Assembly (NCBI GenBank): GCA_042568575.1
Contig: JBHPIO010000005.1
Coordinates: forward strand, 1-64,000
Source of the DNA: Patescibacteria group bacterium
Lineage (GTDB): Bacteria > Patescibacteriota > Gracilibacteria > UBA1369 > PNNO01
Reading direction: 5' to 3'
DNA: 64,000 nucleotides
In this document: positions 45,106 through 55,182 of the stretch, piece after piece
Numbering within the stretch: position 1 is the first letter of the stretch
How the letters are laid out: the number at the start of each line of letters is the position of its first letter
Made by a program: the position numbers and the translations under genes
The notes under the pieces: model-generated
Told to the model about the DNA's origin: nothing
Database searches by the model: none
Seen by the model: only the letters and a program-made list of their open reading frames with translations

Positions 45106-46743
45106 TTAATAAACTTCCTCTAAGTAGCATTTTTCACAGTAGACTTTTCCGGGTCTGTTTTTACCGTATGCGGTTTTAATACTAGTTCCGCATTTATCAC
45201 ACTCTCTTTCAACGAGTCTATATGGATTTCTTAATGCCAAACGATCTTGATGCCTGCAATTTGGACATTTTGTTGGAATTGGCAGTTTCATTCTTTTATA
45301 AAAATGTAATTCCTGCGCAATAATTTTGTAATTTTTTTTGCATTCATTGCACGCAAGTACTTCATTTACTATTGAATCAGGAGCATCTTTTATGTGAGCA
45401 GGCACGTCAAATGTTTGAGGTTGGTATTCTCGTGGATCGGGATCTTCCCATAAATATCCTTTTTGAATTGCTTCCTCTTTGGTTATAGGGAAATATTCAT
45501 GTGCAACGGTTTCGTTATAACCAAAAGGGGAGTGTGATATTGGGAAAAATTCTCCCCATTCACCTGTTTTTTTCATATGTTCAATAATTTTTTCTACCAT
45601 CTCTTGATATTCTGCTTTTGAATACGATTTATTTAAAATGCAATTTTCTTTATTTCTAATATTGCTGCATCCAAAAGTATTTTGCGTATTAATGCAATAT
45701 TCAGAGTAATAACCAAAGTGTGCGTTTCTGGAAAAAGTAGAATAAGCCATATATTTTGTTCCATACATTCCAAGATAATCGCAACAAAGTTCATTCTCTT
45801 CAGTATAGTTGTTGTCGTAACAGTCCTTTAAATCCACAACTTGGGCACAGTATGCACAATCTTCACTTTTGTCAGTAAAAAATGAATCAAATACGTTTTT
45901 TGAATTATAAATATGACTTCCTGAAACGTTCTCAACATTGCTATTAGGCATATAATGATGAGGAACTTCAGATTTGATTTTATTTAATTTTTGTTGTAGT
46001 TCTTTTACTTTTTCTTTGTCACAAAAATCTATAGAAGCTTTAAATTTTTCAAACTCTTCTTTTGAAACAGGTTTATTTTCGATGTGATATTTTTTATTTC
46101 GAAGACCGGCACAAGATATACAATCACTGCATCCTTGGCAGTCATAACAAAACGATAAATCATTTGAGTTGTAGCAGTCCTGGCAGTACTTACATCCATA
46201 TAATTTTCTGCAATCAGTGCATTCATAACAAAGTTCACAGTCTCTAAGTACAAGTGTATCCACGCAATCTTTCGAATAATATGGAGATCCGTACATGCAA
46301 TCTTCAGAATAAACAGATCCAAAAATTAAGTACGAATTTTTTACGTCACCTACAAAGTTGCAATACTCACAATTTTCAGATCTTACCAAATATAAAGAAA
46401 TTCTTGGTATTTTATCTTGGAGTTCTTTAAACTGGTCAAAAAATGGACGGTTGAAATCGAATTCCTGAGCATACTTCGCTCCATCCCATTTATCGCTCCA
46501 CCAACAATCAGGACAATATATTGGAAACGGTTTATCTTCCGAATACATTGAGATAATATTTTTATTACATAAATCACAAACTCTTTTATATAGGTTCCTT
46601 TCATTTCTTATTGCATAACGTCTTTGTTGGCGACACTGAGGACAAAATGTTGGCTCTGGGATATTTAGCTTTTTGTAGTACTCTTTGTCTTTTGGATAGA
46701 TAGTAAAATCATGAGAGCAATTTTTGCACTGCTTGTTTTCCAT
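45106..46743 (-). CDS. Cys-rich zinc-ribbon protein (full-length paralogue)
   Basis: Same motifs, plus SPFGYNET and a C-terminal zinc ribbon ending 'VYCEKCYLEEVY'. Confidence 0.82.
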   Translation of the reverse strand: MENKQCKNCSHDFTIYPKDKEYYKKLNIPEPTFCPQCRQQRRYAIRNERNLYKRVCDLCNKNIISMYSEDKPFPIYCPDCWWSDKWDGAKYAQEFDFNRPFFDQFKELQDKIPRISLYLVRSENCEYCNFVGDVKNSYLIFGSVYSEDCMYGSPYYSKDCVDTLVLRDCELCYECTDCRKLYGCKYCQDCYNSNDLSFCYDCQGCSDCISCAGLRNKKYHIENKPVSKEEFEKFKASIDFCDKEKVKELQQKLNKIKSEVPHHYMPNSNVENVSGSHIYNSKNVFDSFFTDKSEDCAYCAQVVDLKDCYDNNYTEENELCCDYLGMYGTKYMAYSTFSRNAHFGYYSEYCINTQNTFGCSNIRNKENCILNKSYSKAEYQEMVEKIIEHMKKTGEWGEFFPISHSPFGYNETVAHEYFPITKEEAIQKGYLWEDPDPREYQPQTFDVPAHIKDAPDSIVNEVLACNECKKNYKIIAQELHFYKRMKLPIPTKCPNCRHQDRLALRNPYRLVERECDKCGTSIKTAYGKNRPGKVYCEKCYLEEVY

Positions 46744-46803
46744 AATTTTAGATTATTAGCCACTAAAAGGAAACTAGCATAAATCAGGCTAAATTTCATC
46801 TTT

Positions 46804-47559
46804 TTAATGAACTGGCAAGTACAACAAGCTAAACATAATTGCTACACCTATAAGAAAGCTAACAAGTTGAAATATCGAATGTTTTACTTTTGTTTCTTTG
46901 TGAAGTTCAGGAATTAAATCTGCGTTCGCAATATAAATGAATCCACCAATTGTTATTGGAATTATTATTTGGATTATACTTTCGTTGTTTATTCCAATTA
47001 ATAAAACAATCAATGCTCCGGCAACGGCTGTTAAGGCAGAAAAGAAATTAAAAAGAAGTGCTTTTTTTGGCTTCATGCCTGAGTGAAGTAAAACTCCGAA
47101 GTCTCCCATTTCTTGAGGGATTTCATGAAGAATTACAGCAACTGTTGTTGCAATCCCAACGGGAACACTTAGTAAGAAACTACCAGCAATTAAAATTCCA
47201 TCAATAAAATTATGTATTGCATCTCCAACTAAGTTCATGAATGCAAGTGGATGAGTATGATTTTTTGTTGCAGATAAATGGCAATGCCTCCAGTGAATGA
47301 TTTTTTCCAGAACAAAAAATATAAGAATTCCAATCAATATATATAATGACGTCATCATTGTGAATCCACCCTCTTCTGCAAGTTCGGGAAGCATGTGAAT
47401 AAATACATCTCCGAGCATCGCACCTGCCGCAAAAGAAACCATAAAAATCAAAAACTTTTTAATAGATTTTTGATTAATAATCATTACTATCGCTCCAATA
47501 AGAGAGAGAATACTTACTATAAATACACTTACGAGCGTGTAAAACCATACTTCATTCAT
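46804..47559 (-). CDS. ZIP family metal transporter
   Basis: His-rich loop HWRHCH, 'DAIHNFIDG' and 'HEIPQEMGDF'. Confidence 0.92.
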   Translation of the reverse strand: MNEVWFYTLVSVFIVSILSLIGAIVMIINQKSIKKFLIFMVSFAAGAMLGDVFIHMLPELAEEGGFTMMTSLYILIGILIFFVLEKIIHWRHCHLSATKNHTHPLAFMNLVGDAIHNFIDGILIAGSFLLSVPVGIATTVAVILHEIPQEMGDFGVLLHSGMKPKKALLFNFFSALTAVAGALIVLLIGINNESIIQIIIPITIGGFIYIANADLIPELHKETKVKHSIFQLVSFLIGVAIMFSLLYLPVH

Positions 47560-47578
47560 AACATTTCATTTTAAGAAA

Positions 47579-48115
47579 CTATTTGCTTTCTAAATCTTCA
47601 ACAATATTTTTATACTTTTCGTGAATCATTGTTTTGTCGAAAGTTGCAAATTCCTGAACAATTAATTCTTTTTCTTGATCATTAAGATATGTCATTGCGG
47701 AAATGAAAAAATGTTCATCTTCTTTTTTAATGTGAGCAGGATAAAAAAGACAAAGCTCATCTATTAACATCAAAATATTTTGTAATGCTTCTTTATCTCC
47801 ATCAACATATTTTTTATTTTCTTCACTTAAACTTGTCACCATTTGACGAGCTCTAGCATGTTCTTCTGTTAAATCTCCCATTACCTTAGTGTCTTCATCA
47901 GAAAGTGGTTTTCTTCCAAGTTCTCTAAATAAAATATCTTCTTCTTTTCCATGATGGGTTTTGTCTGCATATGTTCTAAAGAAATCAACTGCCGTATCAA
48001 TAAAAACAGGATTAATTTCCATGTTCTCCTTTATGTTCTCTAGTTCTTTTTTTATTAGAACGATCATTCGTTCAATAAGACGATGCTCCGTCATTAAAGG
48101 GCCAATTGGATCCAT
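47579..48115 (-). CDS. Hemerythrin domain protein
   Basis: LMTEHRLI, HHGKEEDILF, EEH, HIKKEDEHFF. Confidence 0.9.
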   Translation of the reverse strand: MDPIGPLMTEHRLIERMIVLIKKELENIKENMEINPVFIDTAVDFFRTYADKTHHGKEEDILFRELGRKPLSDEDTKVMGDLTEEHARARQMVTSLSEENKKYVDGDKEALQNILMLIDELCLFYPAHIKKEDEHFFISAMTYLNDQEKELIVQEFATFDKTMIHEKYKNIVEDLESK

Positions 48116-48226
48116 GTGAATAAATTAAAGAATATCTGCTTCATAATAAATAACTAACCTAACTATTGCAATGAGAGTTACTTCAAAGTTAAAATAGTTA
48201 TGAATTATTTTTTTAACCCTCCCTAA

Positions 48227-48640
48227 ATGAACGTCAAAAGATTGATCCTCGCATCAATTGTGATTTGGGTTGTTAGTTTTGCATTTATTATGCTGACTTG
48301 CGGATGGCTTTTTACATGGGTCTATGAAATCCCACCACTAATTTGGGTAAGTCCTGAAGACATGAACCTTGGTTTGTCTATTGCATCAGGACTGCTAACT
48401 GCATTCTTGTTTACACTTGTCTATGCGATTTTTTACAAAGGTATTCCTGGGAAAGGTGTGAAAAAAGGTATGATTTACGGTATTTTACTATGGCTTGTAG
48501 GCCCACTTGTTGGGACATTAGTGATGCCGGTTTATATGACAATTGCTTGGACAGTTGTAATTTACTGGATTATTCAAATGTTTATTTTGAAGCTTATTTT
48601 AGGTGCACTTGTAGGTGCTATTTATAAGCCAAAAAAATAA
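48227..48640 (+). CDS. Four-TM membrane protein (DUF1761-like)
   Basis: Four hydrophobic segments and 'KKGMIYGILLW'. Confidence 0.7.
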   Translation: MNVKRLILASIVIWVVSFAFIMLTCGWLFTWVYEIPPLIWVSPEDMNLGLSIASGLLTAFLFTLVYAIFYKGIPGKGVKKGMIYGILLWLVGPLVGTLVMPVYMTIAWTVVIYWIIQMFILKLILGALVGAIYKPKK

Positions 48641-48650
48641 TTATTATACA

Positions 48651-48684
48651 AAAAAAGGCCTCGCATTAATTTGTGGGGCCTTTT
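48651..48684. terminator. Bidirectional intrinsic terminator
   Basis: AAAAAAGGCCTCGCA-loop-TGTGGGGCCTTTT between convergent genes. Confidence 0.75.
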
Positions 48685-48700
48685 GTAAATGTAAATTTTC

Positions 48701-49744
48701 CTAGCTTTCCGGTCTCAATTTCCTAACTTGCTTTCCAGCCTGCCACATTTCACTATTGCCCATCTCAGCAAGTTCTTTATCTAACTCTTCACGATAATCT
48801 GGTCTGCTGTTTTTATCCAAAACAATTTCTGTTTCAGTTCCATTCTTAACACTTTTATAAAGGTCAGTGAATACTGGTGCGACAGCATCCCGGAATTTGT
48901 CTTTCCAGTCGAGTGCTCCACGTTGTGCAGTTGTTGAACAATTTGCAAACATCCAATCCATTCCATTTTCTCCAATTAGTGGAATTAAACTTTGAGTAGC
49001 TTCTTCAACAGTTTCATTAAATGCTTCACTTGGAGAATGTCCGCGTTTACGAAGTTCGTTATATTGAGCTTCCATTATTCCTGCCATTGCTCCCATCAAA
49101 ACTCCTCGTTCACCAGTTAAATCGCTATAAACTTCATTTTTGAAAGTTGTTTCAAATAAATATCCTGAACCAACAGCAATCCCAAGAGCCAAACATTTTT
49201 CTTCTGCTCTTCCAGTTGCATCTTGATAAATTGCATAACTTGAATTGACACCCTTTCCTTCAAGATAGTGTTTTCTAACAAGTCCACCAGGTCCTTTTGG
49301 TCCAACAAGAACAACGTCGATATCTTTCGGTGGAACAACTCCTGTTTGATTACTGTAAGTTACAGCAAATCCGTGCGAGAAATATAAAGTTTTGCCACTT
49401 GTTAAATATGGCTTTATTGTTGGCCAAACAGCTTTTTGACCTGCATCTGAAAGCAAGTACATTAGAACAGTCCCTTTTTCTGCAGCCTGCTCAATTGGGA
49501 ATAAAGTCTCGCCAGGAACCCATCCGTCTTTAATTGCCTTATCCCAACTTTTTGAACCTTCTCTTTGTCCGATAATTACATTTATGCCGTTGTCTTTTAA
49601 ATTTAATGCTTGTCCAGGTCCTTGAACTCCATATCCAAGTACTGCAACAGTTTCATCTTTTAAAATTTCTTGTGCCTTTTCCAATGGAAACTCTTCACGT
49701 GTCACGACATTTTCTTCAACGCCGCCAAAATCAAGTTTTGTCAT
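48701..49744 (-). CDS. ilvC: Ketol-acid reductoisomerase (Bacteroidetes/fungal-like type)
   Basis: GYGVQGPGQALNLKDNG, YFSHGF, SDLTGERGVLMG, EAFNETVEE, NCSTTAQRGALDW. Confidence 0.95.
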   Translation of the reverse strand: MTKLDFGGVEENVVTREEFPLEKAQEILKDETVAVLGYGVQGPGQALNLKDNGINVIIGQREGSKSWDKAIKDGWVPGETLFPIEQAAEKGTVLMYLLSDAGQKAVWPTIKPYLTSGKTLYFSHGFAVTYSNQTGVVPPKDIDVVLVGPKGPGGLVRKHYLEGKGVNSSYAIYQDATGRAEEKCLALGIAVGSGYLFETTFKNEVYSDLTGERGVLMGAMAGIMEAQYNELRKRGHSPSEAFNETVEEATQSLIPLIGENGMDWMFANCSTTAQRGALDWKDKFRDAVAPVFTDLYKSVKNGTETEIVLDKNSRPDYREELDKELAEMGNSEMWQAGKQVRKLRPES

Positions 49745-49801
49745 AATTGAATTTTATTAATAACTAAAGAAAAACTATACATTCGAATAATTAAAGTCAA
49801 A

Positions 49802-50494
49802 TTATTTTTTTGATAGCGAGAGAAGACTATAAAGAGCGATATAACTTCCTTTCAAAAGTATGAAAAATAATCCTACAAAGATCAAAAATTCATAATTGAT
49901 ATTCTCAATAAATACACGCAGGACTTCAAATGGATCTGAAAAAATATCCCAACTGTTAAATCTAATAAATCTTCCAATATAAATCGCAATGCTGGTTAAA
50001 AATGTAACAATCGTCACAAATAGCCATCCAATCATAGAGTTGAAATGCTTTTTTACAATTTTATGGAGTATGAAAAGTGAAATAAATCCGAGTAAAATTC
50101 CAATTCCGATTGCTATAGATAAAAGTGTGAAATCGAACCACATCAATAAATCAGTATGAAAAACATATGTGCTAAAATAATTACCTTGCTCTTTCAGCGT
50201 CATGAAAGTGTACTTGTCTAGGTGAATAAAGTCAGTAATTAAATATGGTGCATTTGGATAGAAAAATAACCAAAAAAGTCCAACGATAATTAAAAGAAAA
50301 TTCTTGAAACGATATTTTTTTGAATAGATATCAATTATTACTAGTGAAAGCAGTAAAGGAACCCACGCAAGGAAAAGATTCCACAATAAAAATAAATATC
50401 CTGTTCTTTCCGTAACAAGTACTCTTATTATTAGCAAAATGAAAAGCATCACACTGAGCGCAAAAAGTACTTTTAAACTTGTTTTATTCTTCAT
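49802..50494 (-). CDS. DUF1361-family membrane protein
   Basis: 'WNLFLAWVP', 'WLFFYPNAPYLITDFIHL', 'IYIGRFIRFNSWD'. Confidence 0.88.
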   Translation of the reverse strand: MKNKTSLKVLFALSVMLFILLIIRVLVTERTGYLFLLWNLFLAWVPLLLSLVIIDIYSKKYRFKNFLLIIVGLFWLFFYPNAPYLITDFIHLDKYTFMTLKEQGNYFSTYVFHTDLLMWFDFTLLSIAIGIGILLGFISLFILHKIVKKHFNSMIGWLFVTIVTFLTSIAIYIGRFIRFNSWDIFSDPFEVLRVFIENINYEFLIFVGLFFILLKGSYIALYSLLSLSKK

Positions 50495-50538
50495 TAATTT
50501 ATGTTAAACAGTTATTAGACCTGTAGCGCACATTATAT

Positions 50539-51087
50539 ATGAAACTTAATGGGAACAAAATTTATCTGCAACCGGTATCGCTTAAATATGTTGATGTTTA
50601 TAGGAAGTGGGTACACGATAAGGATGTAATTCGTTATACAACTATTAACCCTCCAACACGTGAAGAGCAAATAAAGTGGATAAAAGAAAGAGAAACAAGT
50701 GGCGTGGAAGAAGTCTTTAGCATTTTCTTAAAAAAAGACGATACAATAATTGGAAACGTTGGGTGCCATAATCTGGATAATCCCGATAATAATTTTGTTT
50801 TGGGAATTATTATTGGAGAAAAAGAATATTGGGGAGAGGGTTATGGAACAGACGCTTTTAAAACAGTTATCCGTTATATGTTTGAAGAAAAAGATGCCAA
50901 TATGGTTTCTTTGGATGTATTTGTCGGTAATAAATCTGCGCAACGTGTTTATGAAAAATGCGGGATGAAAGAAATAAAAAAGATTACAAAAACAAATGAA
51001 CGCGAAAAAAAAGAGGTTGAATGTATATTAATGCAAGTCACCCGTGAGGAATATGAAAATTTAGATTATGCAGCCCCTTTTGAATAA
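50539..51087 (+). CDS. GNAT N-acetyltransferase (RimJ/RimL family)
   Basis: 'LGIIIGEKEYWGEGYGT' and 'N..AQRVYEKCG'. Confidence 0.88.
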   Translation: MKLNGNKIYLQPVSLKYVDVYRKWVHDKDVIRYTTINPPTREEQIKWIKERETSGVEEVFSIFLKKDDTIIGNVGCHNLDNPDNNFVLGIIIGEKEYWGEGYGTDAFKTVIRYMFEEKDANMVSLDVFVGNKSAQRVYEKCGMKEIKKITKTNEREKKEVECILMQVTREEYENLDYAAPFE

Positions 51088-52043
51088 ACAATTTGCGTTC
51101 CAGATTCACCATTTATTGCTTCTTCGCCGTTTTCTACTCCGGCAATTAAGGAAGGTTCACCGGTTTCTTCGGTAAATTCTATACACGACTCAACTTTTGG
51201 GCTCATACTTCCATTTGGAAATTCACTAAGCAACGATTTTGCTTCATTAGTTGTTAATATTGGAATGACTTTTCCTTTACTATTCTTTTTTGCAAATTCT
51301 TCTGGATGAATAACTCCTGGTACGACTGTGAGTATTGCCATTAATTGTGCATTAACAAATTTTGCAATTATTGCAGTTGCACGATCTTTATCAATAACCG
51401 CATCAATACCTGTGATTATTCCATCTTTCTCTATTACAGGTATTCCACCGCCGCCACCTGTTATTGTTAAAATTCCGTTATCAACCGAATTTGCAATTAC
51501 TCTCTCATTTAGAAATCTCATCGGTCTTGGAGAAGGAACAACTCGCCTGAATGGGCGTTCTGGAATAAGCCCATCTGGTAACTCTTTGATAGTCCAAGCT
51601 GGATAACTTTGTTTAGTTCTGCTGGTTTCTTCTGCAGTTAACCAAGGCCCAATAGGTTTTGAAGGATTTTCAAAACCAGGGTCATTTGGATCTATTTGAA
51701 CATGACTAACTATTGTTGAAATTTCTCCAACTTGTTCGCTTCCAATTTCTCTTAGTTCATTTTCGATTAACATTTGTAACATTGATCCAATTCCACCTTG
51801 TGTGTAAGCAACCAAGTGGTAGAGTGGGTCGTTGCAAGCGTTGCGTAGAGCAAGATTGCCAACTTGAGGACCATTTCCGTGAGTCAAAACCATTTGTACA
51901 CCTCTATGAAAAATATCGGCAATAATTCGGCATGCCTTTTTTGCTGTATCTGCTTGCTGCTCAAGTGTTTCTCCTTTAAGCGCATTTCCTCCAAGCGAAA
52001 GTGCAATTGTATCTCCCAGTTCAGGTCTTTTAACTCCATTCAT
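51066..52043 (-). CDS. arcC: Carbamate kinase
   Basis: LGGNAL, THGNGPQVG, NPSKPIGP, RRVVPSPRP, GGGGIPV, VIDKD, GSMSPKV. Confidence 0.93.
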   Translation of the reverse strand: MNGVKRPELGDTIALSLGGNALKGETLEQQADTAKKACRIIADIFHRGVQMVLTHGNGPQVGNLALRNACNDPLYHLVAYTQGGIGSMLQMLIENELREIGSEQVGEISTIVSHVQIDPNDPGFENPSKPIGPWLTAEETSRTKQSYPAWTIKELPDGLIPERPFRRVVPSPRPMRFLNERVIANSVDNGILTITGGGGGIPVIEKDGIITGIDAVIDKDRATAIIAKFVNAQLMAILTVVPGVIHPEEFAKKNSKGKVIPILTTNEAKSLLSEFPNGSMSPKVESCIEFTEETGEPSLIAGVENGEEAINGESGTQIVYSKGAA

Positions 52044-52113
52044 ACCTAAAGTATACTAACTAATAAAAGACAGGGGAGTAATATAAGAATTTAAGTGCAA
52101 TAAGTCAAGAAGT

Positions 52114-52695
52114 TTAGGCAGATTGTTCTGCCTTTTTTTTGTCGCAAGCTTCCTTAATGAGAGTACGTATTTGTTCAGGTGAAATAGGCTTGTGTTGAAA
52201 AACATCAATGATTTTGAAAGCTAAAGCTGCCTCGAGTTCAAGGTCATCAAAGCCACCACCACTTATCATTACAATTGGAATATTTTTTCCATTTGGTAGT
52301 TCCCTAACGGCTTTTGCAAATTCTAATCCTGTCATTTTTGGCATTAAATAATCAGTTAGGATAGCGATATTTTTTCCTGCTGATCGCAGTAGATTTAAGC
52401 ATTCATGTCCACTTTCAGTTATAATTCCAACTCCACCTGCAGTTTTTATGGATCTTGCGGCAACTCTTGCCACCGGTGTGTCATCATCAACAATATAAAC
52501 AGTAATTCCTTCAAGCGGTTTTTCTACCGCTGTTTCTGCAGTAACAACCTGCATAGCTGTAGGACTGAGGGCAGGATCAGCTTGGGGTTCACTTACGGCA
52601 TCAGAGAGTGGAAGTGGTTCTGAAGGGGTTGGTGTTTGTAATACTTCTATGTGCGGTTCATGCTCCTTTGGATCATTTTCATGATCATTGTTCAT
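52114..52695 (-). CDS. Stand-alone response regulator receiver with disordered N-terminal extension
   Basis: IVDDD, LTDYLMPKMTG, MISG, KP, after a 60-aa Pro/Glu-rich N-terminus. Confidence 0.85.
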   Translation of the reverse strand: MNNDHENDPKEHEPHIEVLQTPTPSEPLPLSDAVSEPQADPALSPTAMQVVTAETAVEKPLEGITVYIVDDDTPVARVAARSIKTAGGVGIITESGHECLNLLRSAGKNIAILTDYLMPKMTGLEFAKAVRELPNGKNIPIVMISGGGFDDLELEAALAFKIIDVFQHKPISPEQIRTLIKEACDKKKAEQSA

Positions 52696-52727
52696 CTTTT
52701 ATTAAGTTAAAAATCAATAAGGTGTAA

Positions 52728-52755
52728 ATTTTAAAGTATTTTATAAATTTGTCAA
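52728..52755 (-). promoter_or_regulatory. Sigma70-type promoter of the receiver gene
   Basis: TTGACA-16 bp-TAAAAT. Confidence 0.55.
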
Positions 52756-52848
52756 GTATTAAAGTATATAAATACATAAGCGTCTCTTGAAATCTTACTT
52801 ACGAATGTACTATGCTTTCCGTTCACTATCATTTTTATCTTATCTACT

Positions 52849-53169
52849 ATGCTCAACTATATAGAAATTGTTGCACTTGTAACAGGAGTTGTCGTTATAA
52901 TTGTCGAAACAGTTATTATTTTCTTGCTTGTAAAACATCTTAAAGCTCTAGATAAACATATTGAGAAAAATGAGCAACTGATGCTGAAATTTGAATATAA
53001 CATTCAGGAGCATCTCGAGCATTTAAATGAGCATTCTCATGAAATTGAGTTAAAACTCGAAAAAATCTGTGGTCCGGATATGGAAAATATGCATGTTCAC
53101 AAACCATTGGAAACCTTAAAAGATTCACAAAAAATTGAAGGAAACTTAAGGAAAAGTTTAAATAAGTAA
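52849..53169 (+). CDS. Small membrane-anchored His-rich coiled-coil protein
   Basis: N-terminal TM and 'EHLEHLNEHSHE'. First gene of the binding-protein/kinase run. Confidence 0.6.
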   Translation: MLNYIEIVALVTGVVVIIVETVIIFLLVKHLKALDKHIEKNEQLMLKFEYNIQEHLEHLNEHSHEIELKLEKICGPDMENMHVHKPLETLKDSQKIEGNLRKSLNK

Positions 53170-53203
53170 TATAAAATTCATCTAGTATTTATAACTAAAC
53201 AAT

Positions 53204-54181
53204 ATGAAACGTTTACTAATAATAACGTTATCGTTATTTGTGCTGGGGGTATCCGGTTGTGGAAAACAACAAATTGATGAATCGGCAGAACTCCAAGAAG
53301 TAACTGTTAAGCTAAAGTGGATTCATCAGGCACAATTTGCAGGAAATTATGTTGCAAAAGATATGGGTCTCTATGAAGATGAAGGCTTGATTGTAGATTT
53401 ACAGCCTTTTTCTTTTGAAGAACCAACAATCGATGCAGTAGTTAATGGTGATGCAGATTTTGGAATTACAGGTGCAGATGAGTTGTTGGTGGCGAGGTCA
53501 AACGGCATGCCAATAAAAGCCTTTGCGGTTATTTTTCGAACGAATCCTGTTTGTGCGTACAGTCTAAAAGAAAGCGGGATTACGAAGCCCCAAGATCTAA
53601 TAGGTAAAACTGTAGGTTTGGAGAGAGGAACAAATGTGGATACCCTATATTACGTTATGATGTCGCGACTCGGTATTGATAGGAGTCAAATTGACGAAGT
53701 TACAATTGGTTATGATGCAACTGAGCTTTTAAATGGTGATACTGATGTGTCGACAGGATATATAATCAATGAACCAAATCAGGCAGTAGAAGCAGGTCAC
53801 GAAGTTAATATAATTTTGATGGCTGATTATGGCGCAAATATGTATGCGGATGTTTTATTTGCTACTGAAGATACGATTGAAAACAAGCCTGAGCTTGTTG
53901 AAAGATTTCTAAGTGCAACATTAGATGGTTGGAAATATGCAATTGAAAATGAAGATGAAGCTGTAGAGATTACTATGAATTATGCAACTGACAGTACAAA
54001 AAGCCATCAAGCATATATGTTGAAGCAATCTGTTCCTTTAATTCACACTGGCGATAAGCCTATTGGATGGATGACCGAAACTCACTGGAATGAAGTAGAA
54101 AAGGTACTAGTAGAACAAAATATTTTGGAGAAAGAAGTGGATGTTGATACAGCGTATACTAATGAGTTTTTAAATAATTAA
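53204..54181 (+). CDS. NMT1/THI5-like substrate-binding lipoprotein 1
   Basis: Lipobox VSGC, 'LKWIHQAQFAGNYVA..G.Y..EGL', 'SGITKPQDLIGK', 'INEP', 'YADVLFATE'. Confidence 0.88.
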   Translation: MKRLLIITLSLFVLGVSGCGKQQIDESAELQEVTVKLKWIHQAQFAGNYVAKDMGLYEDEGLIVDLQPFSFEEPTIDAVVNGDADFGITGADELLVARSNGMPIKAFAVIFRTNPVCAYSLKESGITKPQDLIGKTVGLERGTNVDTLYYVMMSRLGIDRSQIDEVTIGYDATELLNGDTDVSTGYIINEPNQAVEAGHEVNIILMADYGANMYADVLFATEDTIENKPELVERFLSATLDGWKYAIENEDEAVEITMNYATDSTKSHQAYMLKQSVPLIHTGDKPIGWMTETHWNEVEKVLVEQNILEKEVDVDTAYTNEFLNN

Positions 54182-54192
54182 AATCTAAAAAT

Positions 54193-55182
54193 ATGAAACG
54201 TTTAACATTTACTATTTCAATAGTTCTAATACTGCTTTTTTCTGGATGTGGAAATAATGTAAAAAGTAACGAATTAGAAGATACAGTAGTGAAACTTAAA
54301 TGGAAGCATCAGGCTCAATTTGCAGGAAATTATGTCGCTAAAGATAAAGGTTTTTACGCAGACGAAGGATTAAATGTAGAGTTAGTCCAGTATTCTGATG
54401 AGGAGCCTACAATTGATGCAGTAGTTGATGGTGATGCAGATTTGGGTATTACTAGTGCGGAGGAATTAGTATTAGCAAGATCAAAAGGAGTACCTTTAGT
54501 TGCTTTTGCTGTAATTTATCAAACCACTCCTGATTGTTTTTATGCGTTAAAAGAAAGTGGGATTAAAAAACCACAGGATTTTGTAGGTAAAAGAGTTGGT
54601 TTGCGTCGTGGACCTGAAGCAAATATCTTATATAATGTTATGATGTCGGAACTTGATATTGATAGAACCCAGATTGAAGAAGTTGAAGTTGGATATGATA
54701 ATACTGAATTAGTAAATGGAGAAGTAGATGCTACAGTTTGTTATATCATAAATGAACCGTTACTGCTTGAGGAATTAGGGTATGAAGTGAATACAATCCT
54801 AATGGCGGATTATGGTGCAAGTATGTATGGAGATGTTCTATTTGCTACCGAAGATACTATAAATAATAATCCTGAGCTAGTTGAGAGTTTCTTAAAAGCG
54901 ACCATAGAAGGATGGAATTATGCAATAGATAATAAAGACGAAGCTACAGATATTACTTTAAATTACGCGATTAATAGTACAAAGGAACACCAGAGAAATA
55001 TGCTAGAAAATGCGATTCCTTTAATTCATATGGATGGAAAGATAACTGGATGTATGGAAAAAAGTGGATGGGACGAGGTTCAAAGAATTTTAATTGAGCA
55101 AGGTGTTTTGAAGAATGAAATCAATATTAACAATGCATATACATTAGAGTTTGTTGAAAAATTTCATAGTCATACTGAATGA
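54193..55182 (+). CDS. NMT1/THI5-like substrate-binding lipoprotein 2 (tandem paralogue)
   Basis: Lipobox FSGC, 'LKWKHQAQFAGNYVA'. Colinear with the previous gene. Confidence 0.88.
   Translation: MKRLTFTISIVLILLFSGCGNNVKSNELEDTVVKLKWKHQAQFAGNYVAKDKGFYADEGLNVELVQYSDEEPTIDAVVDGDADLGITSAEELVLARSKGVPLVAFAVIYQTTPDCFYALKESGIKKPQDFVGKRVGLRRGPEANILYNVMMSELDIDRTQIEEVEVGYDNTELVNGEVDATVCYIINEPLLLEELGYEVNTILMADYGASMYGDVLFATEDTINNNPELVESFLKATIEGWNYAIDNKDEATDITLNYAINSTKEHQRNMLENAIPLIHMDGKITGCMEKSGWDEVQRILIEQGVLKNEININNAYTLEFVEKFHSHTE

Noticed and set aside
43891-46743. DGR template/variable repeats in the paralogue pair
   Set aside because: Similarity is diffuse at protein level, with no adenine-specific near-identical repeat and no RT.
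53204-55182. THI5 HMP-P synthases fed by PdxST
   Set aside because: They are lipoproteins and lack the CCCxC motif of catalytic THI5, so binding proteins are more likely.
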